In this document: piece by piece, positions 38,223 through 52,034 of the stretch
Layout of the letters: the number at the start of each line of letters is the position of its first letter
Position numbering within the stretch: position 1 is the stretch's first letter
Assembly: GCF_018350175.1 (NCBI RefSeq)
Contig: NC_058368.1
Coordinates: forward strand, 31,002,001 to 31,066,000
Length of the DNA: 64,000 bases
Origin: Felis catus
Taxonomy: Eukaryota
Reading direction: 5' to 3'
Translations under genes and position numbers: made by a program
The notes under the pieces: generated by a model
Seen by the model: only the letters and a program-made list of their open reading frames with translations
What the model was told of the DNA's origin: nothing
Database searches by the model: none

Positions 38223-39978
38223 TGTCTTTGTATATCTTGGGGAGATTACTGCAAAGATTTTGTGTTAGTGTGAGAGCATTCACAATATTTGCAGCTTTCT
38301 GAGATATTGGTCCAGACTGAGATACAGATGATTGAAGTCGGCTCTGGTTTCCAGTGAAAACAGATATTATTTCAATGCTAGGACAGACCTTTCTCTCTTT
38401 ATGTCTTTATAGCTATTGTGATCAAACAGAAAACTTACTTTTTTTCTCTACATCTGAATTTTTAAATACTCTAAAAACCATGATTCTTTTGTATCAGAAT
38501 CTCATAATTCCCTTTAAAAATTGCCCACGTGGACTGTATAACATACAGAGGGAATGAAGCCAAGGATAAAACATTTGGAAGGATACTTGTGCTAGGAAGA
38601 GGGGTTTTCTTGGGTTTGTGATGGTGGTTCATCCCTGGAGGGTCTTAAGGCAGGATAGACAATATCTGGACTAATTAGAATGTCGTTTCTTTCAAGTTTT
38701 GATCAGTTTGACTCTGATCTCTGCAAAATTCCTTTGTTCGCCATTATCAACAGCATCCTAGTCGCTCAAATGAGTACTCCTACATCATCATTGATGCTTC
38801 CCTCTCCCTGATTCCCCACATTTTTGAGACTATCTCAGGAATCTTTTCCTTTCTTTCCATTTCTCCTAGTGTTGGCTTTGTTCAGCTCCCATCTCTCTCA
38901 CAGAGAGTATTATTAAATTGCAACTGTTCTTGAGGACCCAGATCTGTACCTTTCTATGTATGCTCTGCCGCCACTAGAGTTAACATGCTAAAATGCAATT
39001 CTAATCTACACAGCGGCCTAGTGAGTCATGGGTGAGGAGGACTCCTGACAGCCTGCGGTGAACTCCACACTCCTCACTAATGCAGTCCAAGCCCCTGGAT
39101 TCAGTTTCTCTGAATCCCACCCCCCTTTTTTTCTTTTTCAATATACCAGTGGTAATACATAATTAAATGCTTAATGACACTCACTTAACAGCATAATTGA
39201 AAGTGAACGTAACCTGCGTTTCTGATTAAAATGGGGCTCCTGGCATGCACCTCTTCCCTTAGATAGATGAGCCTTGAATCATTCATTATCTCAAAGAAAT
39301 GTGTGCTGTGTCAGTCAGCGAGCACAGCATTGCTGATGCAATGGGACAGGCCCAATTAGGGTAAGCAGGAGGGGAGACATTCAGACAGTGGCACAAGGTA
39401 AACTGTTATCAGATTAACTCAGCAGAAAAGGGGCAGCTGAACTTGACAATGGGATGGGACAGAGGCAGGGAGTTGCCCTAGACATGGGCAAGAAAGGAGG
39501 AGATTATAGCTCAGACTTAGGGTTCAGGTTTAGAATTCGTGCTGCTCAATTATTCAACAGACAGACTAAGTACAAGGTTAAGTGGAGGAAAATGCATGTG
39601 CAGTATTCAGATTTTTACACTCTCTTTGCTGATGAGTATTGTTTTTATTTTGAATTGCACATGCAGAGGGGCACCATGAACTTTTCACTTGACCATTTCT
39701 CTAAAGGTCTTAACCTGCACCTACTTAGAACTTCACAAGTTTTCAGGCCAGGGCTGTTGGAAGGTCAGGGACGCAGAGTCTCTGAAAAAGAACTAATTAA
39801 ATTATACCAGCAAAGGTCAGGATTTAGCTATTTGAGCTGAAGACAGAGGTTAGACAGTCCAGTTATGGAGATTGGAGGGCCGGGGGCAAATATAGCCTTG
39901 CAAGACTTAAAGAAGACCATGCACATCAATATTAAGGACTGTGAAGGGTCTGAGGATTTAATGTGCTTGAAGGCTAAC

Positions 39979-40374
39979 TGTTGAGCGTGCCAGTTTTATG
40001 GATGCTGGCAAAGACAAGAAGACTCCTGGGTCAGAGACAAAGGGTTTCATTACTCATAGTGATAGCAATAGTGGACCTGTGCCAGTTCACTGAGCCCTAG
40101 CGCCCACAGAACAACACAGAGAGGGCCAAGTGATACCTGTTCACACAGCAGGCTGAGCTAAAGGAGTGAAACCATCAGTTTAGGGAACCCCAAAACTATT
40201 AATGTGTGGTAAGCACACCTGACCATTCTTCTGGAGGGAGACACTATTCTGCCTTCCAAGGCCATTTGTTATACAATCATAATTGGAAAGATACTCTGGA
40301 ACAAAGGCTGTCAATGCCTTTGCTCACAGGATGCAAGGAAATGTTACATACCCATAGAGAATTGATTCCCAGAC
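39979..40374 (-). mobile_element. ERVL-class solo LTR (LTR40-like)
   Basis: 'gactcctgggtcagagacaaagg..ttactca', 'ggagggagacactat..cttccaaggc' and 'ggaacaaaggctgtca' match LTR40 as recalled. Confidence 0.75.
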
Positions 40375-41900
40375 GTCAACTAATTCAAGCCTTTGTTTTA
40401 CTGTTTAAGAAACTGAGGCTCCGAAAGGTTAAGTGATGCTTCAGGGAAGCACAATCAGTTGATAAAAGATTTTAAGTTAGACCTAGATGCTTGGGTTTCA
40501 AATCAAGTTGATAGCACTGTATAACATCAAATTTTCCTCCAGTTTCCCCCACGTAAATCCTCCCTCAGGTACAGAATAGACATATTTTAAACTTTGAAAA
40601 GTAATGATGATTGATATTCACTGCTCCCTTCTTGTTCTAGAATTACAGTGTTCGTAATGCCATTGTCTAGAGTATTTTGTGAGAGATTATTCAAATTGGG
40701 CCACTTCTTCACCAATAGATTCAGAGGTAGACACAGATTTCTCCCCCAGAGAAGCACATAGTTCTTGTGTAGTGACCATTTGGTTAGTGACTGGGAACCT
40801 TACCCAGTAATATTACACCACCCAGGAGGATCCCTTAGAGAAGGAGCACATCAGTGGCAATGAATCTGTCGGGTGGGAGAAGGTGAGCAGCCCTTTTGAA
40901 TCATACAAAGAATGTAGAGATCTTTGGCAATTAACTTAACATCTCAAAAGCATACACTTTACCGGTAAAAGGAGCTGTCCATAGCATCTCAACGTGTTAT
41001 TGTCAGAATTAAATAGTATGAATATGACAATGCTCTATTTACAAAAATTCGCCACAGATTGTACTCTCCTGAAAATTGTGAGCGTTTGTTTATGCATAAA
41101 AGCTCTTTAATGACAATCATGAGAACAGAAAGCTGATCAACGTGTTGGAGTTGACATACTATTTTACCTAAAAATATTTCTAATTGTGTGAAACTCAAAG
41201 AAAAAATTAATACAATAAAAAATACAAGAAAAAATGAACAAAACCAAGGTCATACCAAGACAGTTTTTAAAAAGTTGTATTTTTCACACCTAAACTCACT
41301 CTTACGGAAAACAATGACTTCCATAATAAATAAACTTTTTATTTTTGTAGTATATAGGGCATATTTTATTAACTTGTCACTAATTTGCAAGTTTTGAATT
41401 TATAATGACCTAAAGGTGTTTTCTTCTTTTTCACTGAAGTTGCTATTTTTCTATTTCTGACTTTTTTTTTATATTTTCTAATTCTGCTATTTTTCACTTA
41501 GTCACTGTACAAATGGAGTATTTTAAAAATTCATATTTGTATGAACCATGTTAAATATCTTCAAAGGTCATGACTTGTTTTTAACTGTAAAGTTAGCATA
41601 AAATTGGAAAATTATTAGAATTTAGAATCAAATTGTGTCTAGGACATTGCAAAAGTGTATTACCAACCTTCCTAAAGCCCAGATTTTTCCTATTATTTTC
41701 AGTAACAATTCTTTTATTCTTCCAATCACCCAGATTTTGGCCTCACTTATGACTGTTAATCTCTTTCTCTCTTCTCTGCTTATATAACCAGGGGTCATAT
41801 CATATCCATTATTCTATAGTCAGTCAACTTCATTTACTAACATTGAAACTGAGGTCGTGGGATGTTATGACCCATTAGGGTTATCAAAAAAGATCATGTC

Positions 41901-42081
41901 AAAAAAAAAAAAAAAAAGAGGTTGGAGAGGGAGAGAGCCAAAGCATAAGGACTATTAAAAACTGAGAACAAACTGAGGGTTGATGGGGGGTGGGAGGGAG
42001 AGGATGGGAGGTGATGGACATTGAAGAGGGCATCTTTTGGGATGAGCACTGGGTGTTGTATGGAAACCAATTTGACAATAA

Positions 42082-42132
<51 letters not shown>
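41901..42132 (+). mobile_element. Very short felid LINE-1 3' UTR insertion with (AT)n tail
   Basis: 'gggatgagcactgggtgttgtatggaaaccaatttgacaataaa'; perfect TSD AAAAGATCATGTC at 41888-41900 and 42133-42145. Confidence 0.93.
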
Positions 42133-42139
<7 letters not shown>

Positions 42140-43773
42140 CATGTCATATATGGGGCTACTGGTTCATACCAATGTGGTTTGGCTTCCATATCTCAAATCC
42201 AGACTTTGCATCTTCATTTTCTGTCTCCTCTGATACATTCTGGGCATCACTTCTCCATCCTAAAGCACATACACGGTCATGGCCAAACACCATACAAGCA
42301 TTCCTGTGATTTACTAAACAAATCCATCTGTGTTGGCATAAAATTCGAAGACTTCTATGGCCTGGTCTCAGGATACCTTGGCAATTCCTATTCCGTCTTT
42401 TCTCTAATATAGCTCCATGCTTTCACACAACCTGACAATGTGCTATTACCTGTACCTTCCCATATCTCTGAGATGCTATTCTCTTCACATGAAATGTTCC
42501 TCTACTTCATATCGAGCTGTCAAAATTCTACCAATACTTTAGGAGCAGCTCAGAGTTTTATTTGAATCTTCAGTTATGTTCTCTCATTTCCCTGAGACTT
42601 TTCATAACATTTTGGTCTCAGTCTTATTGCAACGAACAACTTCTTCCTTTAATTGTATTTACAGGCGCTCTTACTATCGTCTGTCATCCAATGATTCAAA
42701 AACAAAACAAAACAAAACAAGAGTCCTGATTATTTTTATTGTCCATTGACTCATACTATGTATCATAGCTATAAGAAGTTTCTTCGTTAACTTTCCAGGA
42801 GCATTTTCCCCCTGAAGTTAGTCCTCTCAAATCTTATGTTAGGTTGCCCCTTTTTCTCAACTTTTTTTGTGTATGTTTGCACACTGAAACAGAAATGAGC
42901 ACAGCTCAGAAACCCATTCTGTAAGAGGTGCTGCTTGTGTACCTCAGGTGTCTGAAGAGTACATCCTTACAAAAACATAAATAATATAAAATAACAGAAT
43001 CATCTCTGGGACACATTTCACATGAAACCTGGGTACCAAACTTCAAAGGGTCACATAGAGTCAAAACTAAAAAACAATCAGAAACTGTAAATGAGAAAGA
43101 GGTCACAAGCAGTATTGGTAACAGAGTTGATATGTAGGCTCTAAAACCCCACTAAGGAAATTTAGAAAATCTCAGCCCCAAAACGCACTATAGCTAGAAG
43201 GCACAGGGAAGTGTCAGGTGAGAGAAAAACCATGGTCTGAGTCTTGAAGGAGGTTGACAGAGACCCCTGAACACCTCAGCCCTATGTTAGCTACTCACTC
43301 TCATCATCTGCACGCACAGAATTATGTTAAAATTACCCTGAAAATCCAGAATATTAATTTAAGTATACTCATCAATTACAAATCATTTACAACAATCATT
43401 AATGGTAGATTTGATGGTAATTTCTCAACTCAGCCTCCCAGAACATTGGAAAAAGTCACAGCCATGAATAACAGAGTAATCTCTGATGTGATTCTCACCA
43501 AGGTTTTCTTCTTTTGCCCTTGGATACATGTGACGTGCTGATCCTATTTTGTGGCTCACATCAGTCTATGATTCCCACTAATTCATACAAAATCCGGTGT
43601 GGGAGCAGAAAATGTACACATTATAATCCATTGTTTGTTACATTGCACTTCATCAGCATAAGTCAGATTTGAATGAAGATTTTCATCAATCTGTGTTCCA
43701 AGAGTTGCTTTCACTTTTGTTTGCTTACATAAAAATCCATGAAAACACAGGAAATGATTCCTTTGAACCAACA

Positions 43774-43775
<2 letters not shown>

Positions 43776-43823
<48 letters not shown>
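43776..43823. repeat. (TG)n microsatellite
   Basis: Read directly. Confidence 0.97.
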
Positions 43824-43825
<2 letters not shown>

Positions 43826-45006
43826 TGCCTGTGTAGAAAGTACATGTTTGGAGTACTGTGGGAAACAAGTTTTGTTCTGGAGTTACCTGGAAAAGTATTC
43901 TTCATTTGACAGAAGCCCTCTATCCCATGGTTTTATCCTGTGACTCGTGAGCAAATCTAACCTCAAGGGGACATAAGTGTAGATTAAGTTGCCAGTTTGC
44001 TGCTCCTTTGTCTTTGGCTGTTTGTTCCACCATTATCATTTGGAGATGTATAACTTAAGTGTTCTATGGGCTGCTACAGTGCACCCCCCTAACCATCCAT
44101 GTCCCCATGATAATGATCCTTTCCTTTGTAATTGCTAAACTCAACTGTCTCTCAAATTGAGGCAACAAATTTGAACCAAAAAAATAAATAAAAGAATTCA
44201 CTGAATAATGTTTTCCATCACTTTGAAAAATGTCACCCATGTTCAGAATGCAGGAAGAAGCAATGAAGAATGCAGACATGGTCAGCATGGGAAACTGAGT
44301 CAGGGCTTTAAATCTTTTACTTTATTATTTCTGACAGTATTTTACACCTTCCTGCTCTGAATTGTCTCAATTTTCAGATCATCTTTTTCACTGGCACATC
44401 AACTAAATAAGTCTTGCAGCAGCACAATGCCCTTTTCTTGATTTGTTTGACCTTCTACATTTTCTCTATGAGGGTCCTGATGAATAAGCTACAGAATAAG
44501 AAGTAAGAAAATGAAGGACTTCTACCAATCCTCGTTATTGGTATTATTTAACTATGTATTCCTTAAGTAGGTTTGTAGAAGTCATAAACAGAATCTCTGT
44601 ATTAAACATATTTTCACATTTCAACTGATTCTTGGCATTTATGTCATTCACGTTGTTTTTCCTCAACGTTTATACCATTTAATCAGTCACAGAAGAAGTA
44701 GTGGGTGGTTAATAAGTTATTTACAGGAAAAGTGAGGCAAATAAGAATTAATGAAAGATACTTAACTGACATCACTAAAGAGAACCTGACAAAATTTAAC
44801 TACTCAATAGTTCTAATAGTCACCCACTTCATACAGTGTTACACTTTATTATTTGATAAATATAATTAATTTTGCTCTCTGCAATGTTTTAAAACTTTCT
44901 AGTAGAAACTTTTGCCATGGAATTTGTGACCGTATTTCATCTTGCACTACTTATTTTTTCAAACGTATTTTGTGCAATAAATCTGACATCTTCGGTAGCA
45001 GTTGGC

Positions 45007-45141
45007 TAGGATGGCCTATGATTTATCATCCAAACCAGAAAACTCACGCTGTTGAGAGTTTGAGGGGACACCATTAATATCATTCTGGGATAAGTAGTGT
45101 AAAACACTGCCCTGGGAAAACCTCAACCTGCGGACATCCTA
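45007..45141 (+). mobile_element. hAT-Blackjack MITE (MER94-like)
   Basis: TIR-like ends TAGGATGGCC ... GGACATCCTA; internal 'atttatcatccaaacc', 'gagagtttgaggggacaccattaata'. Confidence 0.7.
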
Positions 45142-45400
45142 AGGCTGCCATCAGAAGTAGAAAAAGGTCAAAGGCATTTGACCTTTGACCTCTTGTGGCA
45201 GAAAGAACAACGGAGAAAATAGGGTCTAGAGACTAAGTAATTTGATTAAAACCTTGACTGTTCCAGGCAGTAGCAAGTTGATAGAGCTCACGTTATCTCT
45301 CAGGTTACATATTTAAGTATCTCCATTTCAGACCACAGTATCTTACACATCTTGCATTGTATTGGAATCATTTAATACAGTAGATCACAATCCCGTAGAG

Positions 45401-45624
45401 CAGCGCTGTCCGATATATTTGCCACTAGCTACATGTAGCTTTGTTTTTTACATGTGACTGTTTAAATGTAAATTGGAAATAATTAATATTAAATAAAATT
45501 CAGTTCTTCGGTGTCACTAACCACTTTTAAGTATTGAACGGCCGCATGGAGATAATGGCTACAACACGAGGCAGTGCAGATTGGGAGATGTCCATCATTG
45601 CCAAAAGTTCGATCGCCCACGCTG
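45401..45624 (-). mobile_element. MER3-like hAT-Charlie MITE
   Basis: CAGCGCTGTCC start, 'gccactagctacatgt', 'aaattcagttc', 'tccatcattgccaaaagttc'. Confidence 0.75.
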
Positions 45625-45639
45625 TGAGGGTCAGAGTCA

Positions 45640-46200
45640 TCATTGCTTCTTGCCTGGACTCCTTCAAATCCTAAATAATTAATGCACATTCACTTAAGCG
45701 TCCTTGGATCTATTCTCCAGCAGCTAGAAGATTCTCTCAAAAGGCAGACCTTGTCAGTTCACTCACCTATTAAAATCATTTAATGGTGTCTTTTGTCCCT
45801 GCCAGTCCCAGTGTGTCCTACCTCCTCTATCCCCCCCCCCCCCCCAACTCTTACTGAATTAGGTCGCCTTTCTGCTTTGTGCCTCCAGCTCCACTGAACT
45901 TGTTCTGTTCCTTGCATCTGACATACTTCCTCCCTCCGTGGGTCCTTTGTCTGTGTTGTTTTCACTGTCTTGAATGCTCTTCTTTCTGACATGACCAAGT
46001 ACCTCCTCCTACAAATCAGTTCAAGTATCACTTCATCGGGGAGCCTTCCCAGATCTCTCTGATAGATTAAATCTCCCCTGGTACCGCTTAAGCATCCATT
46101 GTAATAACCTATGAGTGAATGTTTATTTATCTTTGTACTTAAATTTCTTCCACAGTGGCCACCATAGACTAGGCATATGTGGAGCAAAGGAATGACTTGA
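45640..46200 (+). mobile_element. LINE-2 relic
   Basis: L2-like 'ctccagctccactgaact..gttccttg..tgttttcactgtcttgaatgctct..tatcacttcatcggggagccttccc'. Confidence 0.65.
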
Positions 46201-47289
46201 GGCCTCTGGTAGGATCTCCCAGTGTTACTATAAAAAGCTGTAGTACTTAATACAGAAAGAGGCAAAATCGATCAGAACACTGGTATCGATTTCCCGACGT
46301 CATCAGTTTTCCTCCACTGCCTCTTGTTTCTGTTTTATTTGAACTAGAATTTATTAATAAGAGGATTTTTTACGTAAATGTGAACTAGAAGCCTGAGTTC
46401 CAACTTCAAACATTTTAATAGTTAATATAATAACCAATTATTAATTCACACTACTTGCTGTAGGGAGGCTGTTGTGAAATGTCCATCTTCTGAGAGCTGA
46501 AACACAGTTCTCGTCCCAGGAGAGCAAGTCCTCTCTAGGTTATTTGATCTGCTACCAAAAGAGAACATTGCTCTGTTTCCCCCTCAGGGCTTCTGTCAGG
46601 CCAGTATTTTAATATGCTTGACATTTTTGACTTTACAGTTAATGTTTAAAAGAAATTGTAAATTAAATGTAAATGATTAATGGTGCTCGACTTCATAATT
46701 GTATATTTTATTTACAAGTGACTTTTAAAATATTTTTCAACAGGATTTCAATGATCAGCTTAGTGATTCATCGGTGTGTTTTATGTCCAGTAGCACTGGC
46801 CATCAAGCTGTAACCATCAAAGAGTAAAAAGTTGAGCAGAGAATGAAATAACATGGCAAATACTTTGCTAAAAATATCTATCCATACATTCTTTAGGATG
46901 AAGACATATTGAACTGTAAAAATTAGAGTAAATATAACTAAAAATAAGTGACTACTATTTAGATATAATTGAACTGTTAAAGGTTTCCATTGGGCATTAT
47001 GTTTTTCCTCCTAAATGCTTATTAACATTTTTACTAATAGAACCTTTCACTCTGAAATAAATATGCAGGATCTCTAAATGCATGTACATGGTAATGAGAT
47101 TTCTTTATTATAAATATGTTGCCTTCTGTCTTTCATTTTCTCTTTTGCTGTCATGGTGCCTTCTTGCTAATACCTCTAGGTTTGATACACATAAATCAGG
47201 AAAAGCTCTCCTTTGTTTCTTTCTTTAGTGTCATTGGCGGCTAGTGTCGCCTTAAGAGTTCTTCTGGGCCTTCCAAGATGCACAATAAT

Positions 47290-47960
47290 GCTAATGTTAA
47301 TGGCTTCCATTTATCGAGAACTTACTAAGCACTTTTGCGTACACTTTTATAGAAACATTATGAGGCATATATCATTATTTCTCTTTTAGAAGAGGCAACG
47401 GAGGCTTATAGAAATAAAGCAGGCTTGAATTAAGTCACATTAATGGGAAGAGACAAAGGCAAGATTGGGACCTAGGTGATCTTGATTTTAGTTCCACACC
47501 CTCAGATATTAAGGTATACTGCCCGATAGTCGTACGGTATTCTGGTGAGGGAAATTCAACCTCTAGATTGTGTCTGTTTTTACTTACACTTAAGATATTT
47601 TATCATACAACTATTATTAATATTTAGTAGGGCTATACTCCTGAGACTCGCTCAATGATGAATCATTAAAGAAAACTAAGAGGAAAGTTATTTTCTCTAT
47701 TATCTCTGTGCCCTGGCAGTGAACCTCACTTCGCTATGGAGGATGGCTAACAGCATAGTCAGGCCAGATATTCTAGGTTTGAATTTTAGTTCTACTTCTT
47801 GCTTTTGAAACCCTAGGGAGAATGTTCTGCCTTGATTTTTCTGTTTTTAAAACGGGAACGTAATTGTACTTTCCGTGTAGGATTGTAGCAGAGATTATAT
47901 ACACAAGTCTTTGAAGAGTGCCTGGCTCATACTTACCTTGATAAATGCTGCCTACCAGTA
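47290..47960. mobile_element. Two MIR relics (minus ~47290-47520, plus ~47745-47960)
   Basis: 'ccatttatcgagaacttacta..gaagaggcaacggaggctta' and 'ctaggtttgaat..tttttctgtttttaaaacggga..agagtgcctggctcata'. Confidence 0.65.
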
Positions 47961-50900
47961 TTACTACTCTTATTGGTTTCATAAAAATCCTGATAGCTGT
48001 TCCTATAAATCAAGTGAATAGTTTAGAAATAAGAATAAGAGTGACAAAATTTGTCTTGAACCCACACTAAATGAAAGGCAATACGTTGGCATTTAAATAC
48101 AAGGAAACCAAGACTTAGCATAAGCAGTTTTTAATTACTGATGGTGAAGCCATTTTATTCCCTGGGTTCTTCAGCACTTGATGACCGTGAACTCCAGTGT
48201 GAGATAAGGAATACCATCATATATGTGAAATATGCAGTTTCCCAATTTCTCCCCAGCTCTGTGGTTTGTCACTTGTTCGGAGGGTAAGTCTGTTTTTCTG
48301 AATCTTAACATCCTCCCTACATGATTTTAATTATGTCCAAGCTTGTGAACTCCTAGGCCTATGAAGCTCTTCAGGGGAGGTCAATTAACTGAGGGAAGGT
48401 GGTTGCAGAAAGAGTGAGACAGAGGCCTGGAGCCATAAAAACCTCCAGGAAAGAAGAAACAGGGCAAATCAGAAAGGAGAAACTTAGAAGTCAGGTCAGA
48501 CATCTCTGGGGCCAGTACAAAAGATGCATCTTCCATGAGGGGTGTGAGGAGTATTGCTGCTAAGGCTCTGGTAGTTCATTCCAGAAGGAATGCTGTCCAG
48601 TTAGTCCACTAGCCATGGGGCCGAAGCCCTGTGCATTGGCAAGTGTTATTTCCCCATCAAGCATGCCTATGTTAGAAAGAAAATGTATTTGTAAGGGCCC
48701 TCTGATTTAAATAATTTGCTTGGCCAGCCACCTTAAACCAGTTTAAGCTCATGTATAAAGATTCTCAAAGCAAGAAACAGAACATCAGTTTTGTACTCAC
48801 CAAGAGCTTTCAGAGAAAACTGACTTAGGGCATCCATGCCAAATTGTTAATAACAAACAGATGGCAACTAAAAAAAAAAAAAATACCTCTACTTCCCAAA
48901 GAAAATAAGATTATGAAAGTTTCTCACGTTTTCCTCTGATGGCCTACCTACCTCTCAAAAGCTCCTCTTTTGTTATTAGAGTGCTAGAACCCTGGAGTGA
49001 ATAAGCTGAGAGAATCCCAGAAATAATCAAGAGTCACAGTGTTTTCTAGAGGAAGGATGGTGACCCAGCGACTTTAACAACCTTTGTTCCCTACAAAAAT
49101 CTACGCCTTTTTGGTTTAAACAAAGACATTCTTCCTGAACCTAGCATTCTACATTTCTGTCTTCTGTCTGAATTTTTCTTCTGGAGGAAGAGACAAAGAG
49201 CAAACGCGTTTTATTAAAACTTTCTTATTTGTATCCCATTAAGCCAGTCGCCTTTCACGAGTTCATCTTTCTGTTTAGCTTCATCCTTGAGTATTTGTCT
49301 TTCCACAGTAGGATACACTTCCTACCTCTTCACTTGTGATCCCAAATCAGCAGTGTTGTTCTCTGTATTTCCAACAGCCCCTCAGCCCTGTGCTTGATTT
49401 GTGCTTTTGAGAGAGCTCCTTTGTTTTAGACAGAGTGCTGCTTCCTCTTTTTCTGCTCACCATTTGTTAATGCATGCATCCAACCAGCTGGCATAAAAAA
49501 AAAGTCTGTCTTTGCCCAATGCATTAAACATTATGATATTTTGCCCTTTGCCCCACTTTGTCCTTTAGCTACTCCTTTAATCCATCTCTGCACATCCAAT
49601 CTGATGCTTAAGGGCTCTCAAGATTCATAATGACATCTTGTGCTTGGGCACCCTACTTATTTACAACATGCTTTCAGCACGTCCATATAAAATAGGCAAA
49701 TAGCTCACTCCAGAACCACTTCTCATAATTTAGCTTCACCTTTATGTCCCCCTGTCTATGCTCAGTAGAGGTCTATCTTTTTCCCATTTGGCCTTTCTCC
49801 TGTCTGTGGGTCTCTAAGCGAGATATGTAGCCTGGCTCAGCTGCCACCATTCTAGTTGTAAAAATTCACACATCTGCTAGTTAGTCTCTCTCTCTTGGCC
49901 TTTTGCAGAGACGTACTTCGTAGAAAGTATATTTTCTAATAGATGTGTGCCAAGTTTTTTTAGTAACGGTTAAAAAAAATTATCTTCTGATTGCATTTCC
50001 TCAGCAAATCATATGCCGCTCTATTTCTAAAGTTTCTAAATGGAAGAAATCATTTTTTAATGTATATGGCACATTATAAAAGTAATCGGAAGGATCTATA
50101 AATTATTTCAGTTGATTCTGATTTCAACCATTGTGAGGTAAGTAGAGATTCTTAAGTCCATTTTGTGACAGCGGATAGAGGGACATTATCTCCATTTTAT
50201 GAAGGAGGCAGTTAAGTAGTTTATCCATAACCACACAGTTAGCAAGTTGTGGAGCAAAACCTAATAGCCAGGTGTTCTGACTCCAGACCAAAAGGCCAGT
50301 CCCATAGCAATGGCAAAAAAATATTCAGGTGCAATATAATACCTGTGCATTATTTCTTCCACATCTTTATAAATCTGCACTAGAATTAGGAAAGGTAAAC
50401 ATCTCTGGGGGTACCCACCGCACCCACCCCCCAAATCTCACCACACTCTTGCGCTTGACCCTAATGCAGGTCTTGACAGGATAAAAGATAATAGCTCAAC
50501 TGGACTTTGAAGCATACACAAGAGTTCATTAGGTATTAATAGAAATAAGGAAAGAATATACGTAACAAGTAGTACCAAGGAACCGCTAGGAGATGCATTA
50601 TGAAAAAACATGCTTATATTTCCAAATAGAAAATCCATGAACAGAGTATGAGTCTGCCTTCAAGTAGAAGCTTAATTGCTCACTTCCCAAAACTCACAGG
50701 GCATAAAATGTTAGCCACAGGGGGATCCAGTCTGTGATTCCTTTTGTGAGTTGTTGGGAATGTGAACAGCCAGAGGCATGGACAACTAGTTTTTCAGTGC
50801 TGCTTTTAATCTTTTGTCTGGGAAATATCAAAAGCAGACATTCATTTTAGACTGTGTTAAAGCTCCCAATTTTAGAGGGCTTCGTAAATTATAAAGAAGT

Positions 50901-51498
50901 TTACGTAAATAATGTCACTGGATCCTTATCATAACCTTATGAATGATATTATTATTACTTACTTTGAAGTCTGGACAGGAAGCATTTGAAGTTTTGAAAT
51001 ATCCAATGAGTTGCTTAAAATTACGTAAGTAGAGGTTCAGAGCTGGGCCTAGAAAATAGATATTTGGACGCCTTGTCTGGTGTTCTGAAAAATAAGCCAT
51101 CCTGTGACATTTCTTAGATGTAAAATTTCTTGGAGGTAAAAGATAAACAAAAGATAATCAGAAAAAGAAAACAGCTATGACAGAACTGTAAAAAGGTCAC
51201 TGTTTGTTTTCACTAACCCAAGATTGTTTATTCTCACACGAATTAGCATTTGTGGCCAGTCTTCCCTTGCTTTTTCTGTTGGCACTTCTCTGTTTCTCTC
51301 TGGATACCTAGTCGCACCAAACCTTTTCTCCAGAGCCTTGGCTCTCCTCCTGTTTTTTGCAGCCTGATTTCTTTCCTACTGGATGCCAGCTGATGACTGC
51401 ACACAACCCACGACATTTATTTCTGCCCACTGACATGCACATCCTCATTGCTCTTCTCGGACCCTGATTCTATGCATTGTCTGAGACCTCACCTTGGC

Positions 51499-51633
51499 TG
51501 GGCGACCGTACATCCTGGCTGGTCTGAGAAAATCAGGAATAATGCCTGTTAAACTAGTGTAGTTGGAAATGGCACCTCCTTTCAGAAAGTTTCAACTGTT
51601 CTGCAGTTTCTCAGAACACGTACGGTCACCCTA
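51499..51633 (-). mobile_element. hAT-Blackjack MITE (MER94-like)
   Basis: TIRs TGGGCGACCGTAC ... GTACGGTCACCCTA, 135 bp. Confidence 0.7.
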
Positions 51634-51765
51634 CACCAGATAATCAGATAAATGAATTTGTGCTCTTGAGAGAGAAGAGGGACAGTATCAAATAATTTTC
51701 TCGTCAGTGTCCTTTTAATAGCCCACAGTTGAGTGTATTCGAGGCATTTTAAAACTGAAAATGAT

Positions 51766-51990
51766 GGGGCGCCTGGGTGGCGCAGTCGGTTAAGCGTCCG
51801 ACTTCAGCCAGGTCACGATCTCGCAGTCCGTGAGTTCGAGCCCCGCGTCAGGCTCTGGGCTGATGGCTCGGAGCCGGGAGCCTGTTTCTGATTCTGTGTC
51901 TCCCTCTCTCTCTGCCCCTCCCCCGTTCATGCTCTGTCTCTCTCTGTCCCAAAAATAAATAAAAATGTTGAAAAAAAAATTTAAAAAAAA
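51766..51990 (+). mobile_element. Young felid CanSINE (SINEC_Fc-like)
   Basis: Canonical and CpG-rich; TSD AAAACTGAAAATGA. Confidence 0.97.
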
Positions 51991-52034
51991 AACTGAAAAT
52001 GAAAAAAACATCCATATGTAACTTCAACACAGGA

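Noticed and set aside
39454..39840. 128-aa ORF
   Set aside because: No recognisable motif or splice context; its length is compatible with chance.
45780..46265. 161-aa minus-strand ORF
   Set aside because: Antisense to an L2 relic and runs through a poly-C tract.
46744..46827. Acceptor TTTTTCAACAG followed by DFNDQLSDSSVCFMSSSTGHQAVTIKE-stop as a terminal exon
   Set aside because: Peptide not recognised and no linked upstream exon.
50112..50143. 26-nt segment with a GAG|GTAAGT donor
   Set aside because: Matches MIR sequence ('caaccctgtgaggtag..ccatttt') and is not frame-preserving.
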